Of a stretch of 64,000 nt of DNA, positions 60,551 to 64,000 are shown piece after piece. Source of the DNA: Octopus sinensis (lineage: Eukaryota); NCBI RefSeq assembly GCF_006345805.1, contig NC_043001.1, positions 28,458,001 to 28,522,000 of the forward strand, given 5' to 3'. The number at the start of each line of letters is the position of its first letter. The stretch's first letter is position 1. The notes beneath the pieces are model-generated. The model ran no database searches. It saw only the letters and a program-made list of their open reading frames with translations, and was not told where the DNA came from. The position numbers and the translations under genes are program-made.

Positions 60551-61105
60551 ATCTATCATATAAAATCCATTCTGTTTGTCTGTGCGTGTGTCTTCTGGGA
60601 TCTCGGGCATCCTCCATCTGATTGCGCTCAAATTTGATATGTAAATACCGACGGTATCAGGGTGTGTATAAGTCTTGAAAAAATTACAAAAATCGATTCT
60701 AGGTGAGAATGCAATCGATAAAGCCATTTTGGTCCTGCTTTTCTTCCATCAACCTGTACATAAATGCACCTTCCATTTTTTGCTGTTTTCGTACTGCTTA
60801 AACGCACATTTCTCTCCTGCCAAGCTTACTGTTTAAACCATGTTTGTGTTCTCCCAGTCAACAGCCTTATCATTACTGGTACTTTAAACTCTTCGGTTGC
60901 ATATTTGTGTGAATAAAATCGTTTTTCTTTGGAATAGAAAAAAGTCTATCTTTATTTCTTCTTTTGCTGGTGTCTCAAATTTAGGTTAAATCAGTGTTTC
61001 TCAAAAGGGAGGCCTATGGGACGGTCGGACAAGTTGTTTTGAGAAAATTTGGTTTAAATGTTTGACAACTCAGCACCGTCCATTGGACAGGGGGCATTTT
61101 GCTCG
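60551..61105 (+). mobile_element. Possible non-autonomous Helitron-like element
   Basis: A|TCTATCATATAAAATCC...TTTGTCTGTG start, small hairpin gtcc-att-ggac, degenerate CTCG|T end; CpG-rich relative to flanks; single copy in the window. Confidence 0.35.
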
Positions 61106-62707
61106 TCTGTTATAATAAACAGCTTCAAATGTAGTCAAATGACAGACAATGATTATTAAAGAACATGGATGTATGGGGAAAACTCACTCAAGATAGAAAA
61201 CACTAGTAAAAGAGGAAAGGAAACAGTTTTTACTTGGTTGCATAACCTGCTAGAAATAGCAACCAAATATCTTTAAAGTAACACACTTTATATAATGAGA
61301 AATGAACATTGAATAATGTGGTCTTCGTTGTGTTATGTCAAGGGAAAATACCTGAAAATCACATCTGGGTTAGGTGAGTACATACATTTAAGATACTGTT
61401 TTACAACCAAATACCCTTGCTGCTATTAACGGTCAGTTGTTTTCTCAAGTGAGAGTTTTAATTCTTTCCTTGCATCCCAAAGTGTAGAGCTCACAGATAA
61501 TTTGTCAACAAGTAAATGACGACAGACAAAACCATCTGTAGGTCAGCAATTTTTCAGGCAATTTCGAAAGGTGAAGACATACACACATAACAGACATGCA
61601 CGCACACACGAGTACGTGTGTGTGTGTGTGTGTGTGTGTGCATATGTGTGTAAGTATGACAACAAGCTGTCCACACAGTTGGTAGTTCCCATATATCAAA
61701 TTTATTCAGAAGACATTGGTCAACCATGGGTTACAGTAAAAGACACTTACTCAAGGTGTCACTTAGTAGGACTGAATCTCAAAACCATGTGATCACAAAG
61801 CAAATTTCTTAACCACATGTTTTCAGGTTCAATTCTACTTAATAGCAACTTGAGTGAATGTCTGCTACAAAAAACTTATCCTTGTCCTTTTCTCTTCCAT
61901 GTTAGAAGCTGCAATGCATTTATACAGAATTATTTCAAAAAAGGAAAAGACACAGGCCTGGTTGTGTGGTTAAGAGATTCATTTTGCTATCAGCTGATTT
62001 TGAGTTCAGTACCACTGCATGGTATCTTAAGCAAGTGTCTTCTATTATAGCTCCAAGTGACCCAATGCATTGTGAATGAATTTGGTAGACAGAAACAGTG
62101 TGTAAGTCAGTTACATATCTTTCATCATCATCATCAACATGATTGTTTAATACCAATTTTGCATGCTGGCATGGGTTGGACAGTTTGACAGGAACCGGCC
62201 AGCTAGAGAGCTGTCCAGGCTCCAACTGACCGTTTTAGCATGGTATCAATGGCTGGATGCCGTTCCTAATGCCAACTACTTTACAGAGTGCCCTGGATGC
62301 TTTTTATGTGCCACCAGCATGTGTGCATTTATGTGGCACTGGTACAAGAGCACTTGTTGTATCCATATATATAAGTTATAAATAACAAGAGAAATATAAT
62401 AATGATAAAATCATGGAGCTTTTTGTTTTTTCTACGAGTACCACCAAATCAGCTGAATCCATATGTGTATAAATTTTAATGAAATAGTAGTCATGGCTGT
62501 TGTTAGTGTCATGTAAATGGCAACCGTGAAATCATAGTCATGACCATTGTCGGTGTAACGCAAATGGTACCCGTGCCAGTGGTACATAAAAAGCCCCACC
62601 ATATTCTTGGATTGGTTAGCATTAGGAAGGGCATCCAGGCACTTCCAGTTGAACTGTCTAACCCGTACCAGCATAGAAAGCAGACATTAAATTATGATGA
62701 TGTGTGA

Positions 62708-62758
<51 letters not shown>

Positions 62759-62840
62759 CAATTGCAGTGTGGAAGGTGTTTATAAGCCATTTAAGAAACA
62801 CAAAAAAACCGTTAGATTCACTTCAACATTTAAATTTAAT

Positions 62841-62889
62841 TTGTCAAAATATTTTCGGCGCTTTGAGACCGCGACCTGTTCACTGACAA
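62841..62889 (-). ncRNA. Minimal type I hammerhead variant with G3/C8 core
   Basis: UUGUCA-GUGAACA-GGUCGC GGUCUCAAA GCGCC-GAAA-AUAU-UU-UGACAA. Confidence 0.55.
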
Positions 62890-63564
62890 AATTCCGTGCT
62901 GCATCTGAGAAAGTAACAGTTAGTTCATGATATATATATATGTACGTATGTTTTTGTATGTTTCTTAAATGGCTTATAAACACCTTCCATGCTGCAACTG
63001 TTTTCGTTCCAGCACACGATCTCAGATCAGGTCACTTGCTATGCAAGTACATCTCAGTATACATACATACATACACACATGTGTGTGATAACTCATGACA
63101 ACTATTTGATCACTGGTGTTGATTTGTTTATGCCTCCATAATTTAGTGGTCTCTGGCAAAAGAGACCAAAGCAATAAGTACTAGACTTACAAAAATCATA
63201 AGTACAAGGGTCGATTTGAGTAAAAGACCAAGACTATGCTTCAGCATAATTACCATAACATGGAGGATCTCTGTTTAACAAATTCCTTTCAAGTTCAATC
63301 AGAATCAATTTTTAACAATATAATTACTAAGATTGAATTAAGAAATCACAAAATGTTGTCATTGATTAAATTTTTAGTATGATTTCATAATGTCAAAGAA
63401 GCAAATATTATTTCAAAAATAAAACCAGTAATCTTGCTTACAAGAATTACAGGTAAAATAAAAGCATTTTGAAACAACTATGTCAGTCAAAAGAAAAAGG
63501 TTAGTGAAGCAAAATCGGAATACTTTATGAACATAGACAAGATAATAATAATAACAATAATAAC

Positions 63565-63601
<37 letters not shown>

Positions 63602-64000
63602 GCCCTGATTCAGTATCAGACATTGGATCTCATGGCTTCTGATCTTAACTGATTGGAAGTTTTATCATGTACATCAGTTTGTCGTGATATAAAAGATGAT
63701 ATGTGTATCTTTGATCACAAACAAAAGTAGCTGGGGAACATCATAGTCATGTGTTGAGAGGAATTCTTTATAGATTTAAATAATTCACCTCTGGAAACAT
63801 AGGCGTTTTTTTTTTTCCAAAATCCTTAAACAAACCTTATTCAGGGACCTTTTGAGCAGGGTGGACTACTCAACCTGAAGAAAATTCTAACTGGGCCCCA
63901 CCTGCAAGGTTATGCGCTGTTTATTTTGACATGAGATCACCATGTCGTGCACATATGGTTGTGATGCATGTGCCTGACGTACCCTCATTAGACAAGTAGT

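Noticed and set aside
61865-61905. Candidate upstream ARAP exon (SNMEEKRTR)
   Set aside because: No GT donor (ATAAGT) and wrong phase; the next upstream exon was not found in the window.

Overview
AT-rich, repeat-dense eukaryotic genomic DNA with a 100-N scaffold gap at 5062-5161. The SINE/LINE/microsatellite repertoire suggests an octopus-like coleoid cephalopod; this is my inference, not a database result. One protein-coding gene is supported: a minus-strand ARAP-family gene (ArfGAP with RhoGAP, ankyrin and PH domains). I assembled 22 phase-compatible GT-AG exons by hand (59473 to 23020, 1874 nt, about 625 aa) encoding PH3(part)-PH4-RhoGAP-RA-PH5. The 5' exons are outside the window or unrecognised, and the terminal exon is ambiguous (best guess YPTV-stop at 19279-19265). 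Most long ORFs in the track are microsatellite or repeat artefacts. The rest is tRNA-derived SINEs (informally A, B, B', C, D, E), RTE/CR1/L2-like/R4-Dong LINE fragments, Tc1/mariner, Tigger-like and piggyBac-like non-autonomous elements, foldbacks and tandem repeats. The most interesting signals are: (i) a 354-bp-period direct repeat carrying a type I hammerhead ribozyme in each unit (retrozyme-like); (ii) a foldback family carrying a hammerhead variant with a compensatory G3-C8 core swap; (iii) a (TAA)n landing pad holding an R4/Dong fragment and a 560-bp passenger element; (iv) a templated local insertion; (v) a possible alternative C-terminus with a ubiquitin-like hydrophobic register. All structures and alignments were read by eye, and repeat boundaries are approximate.
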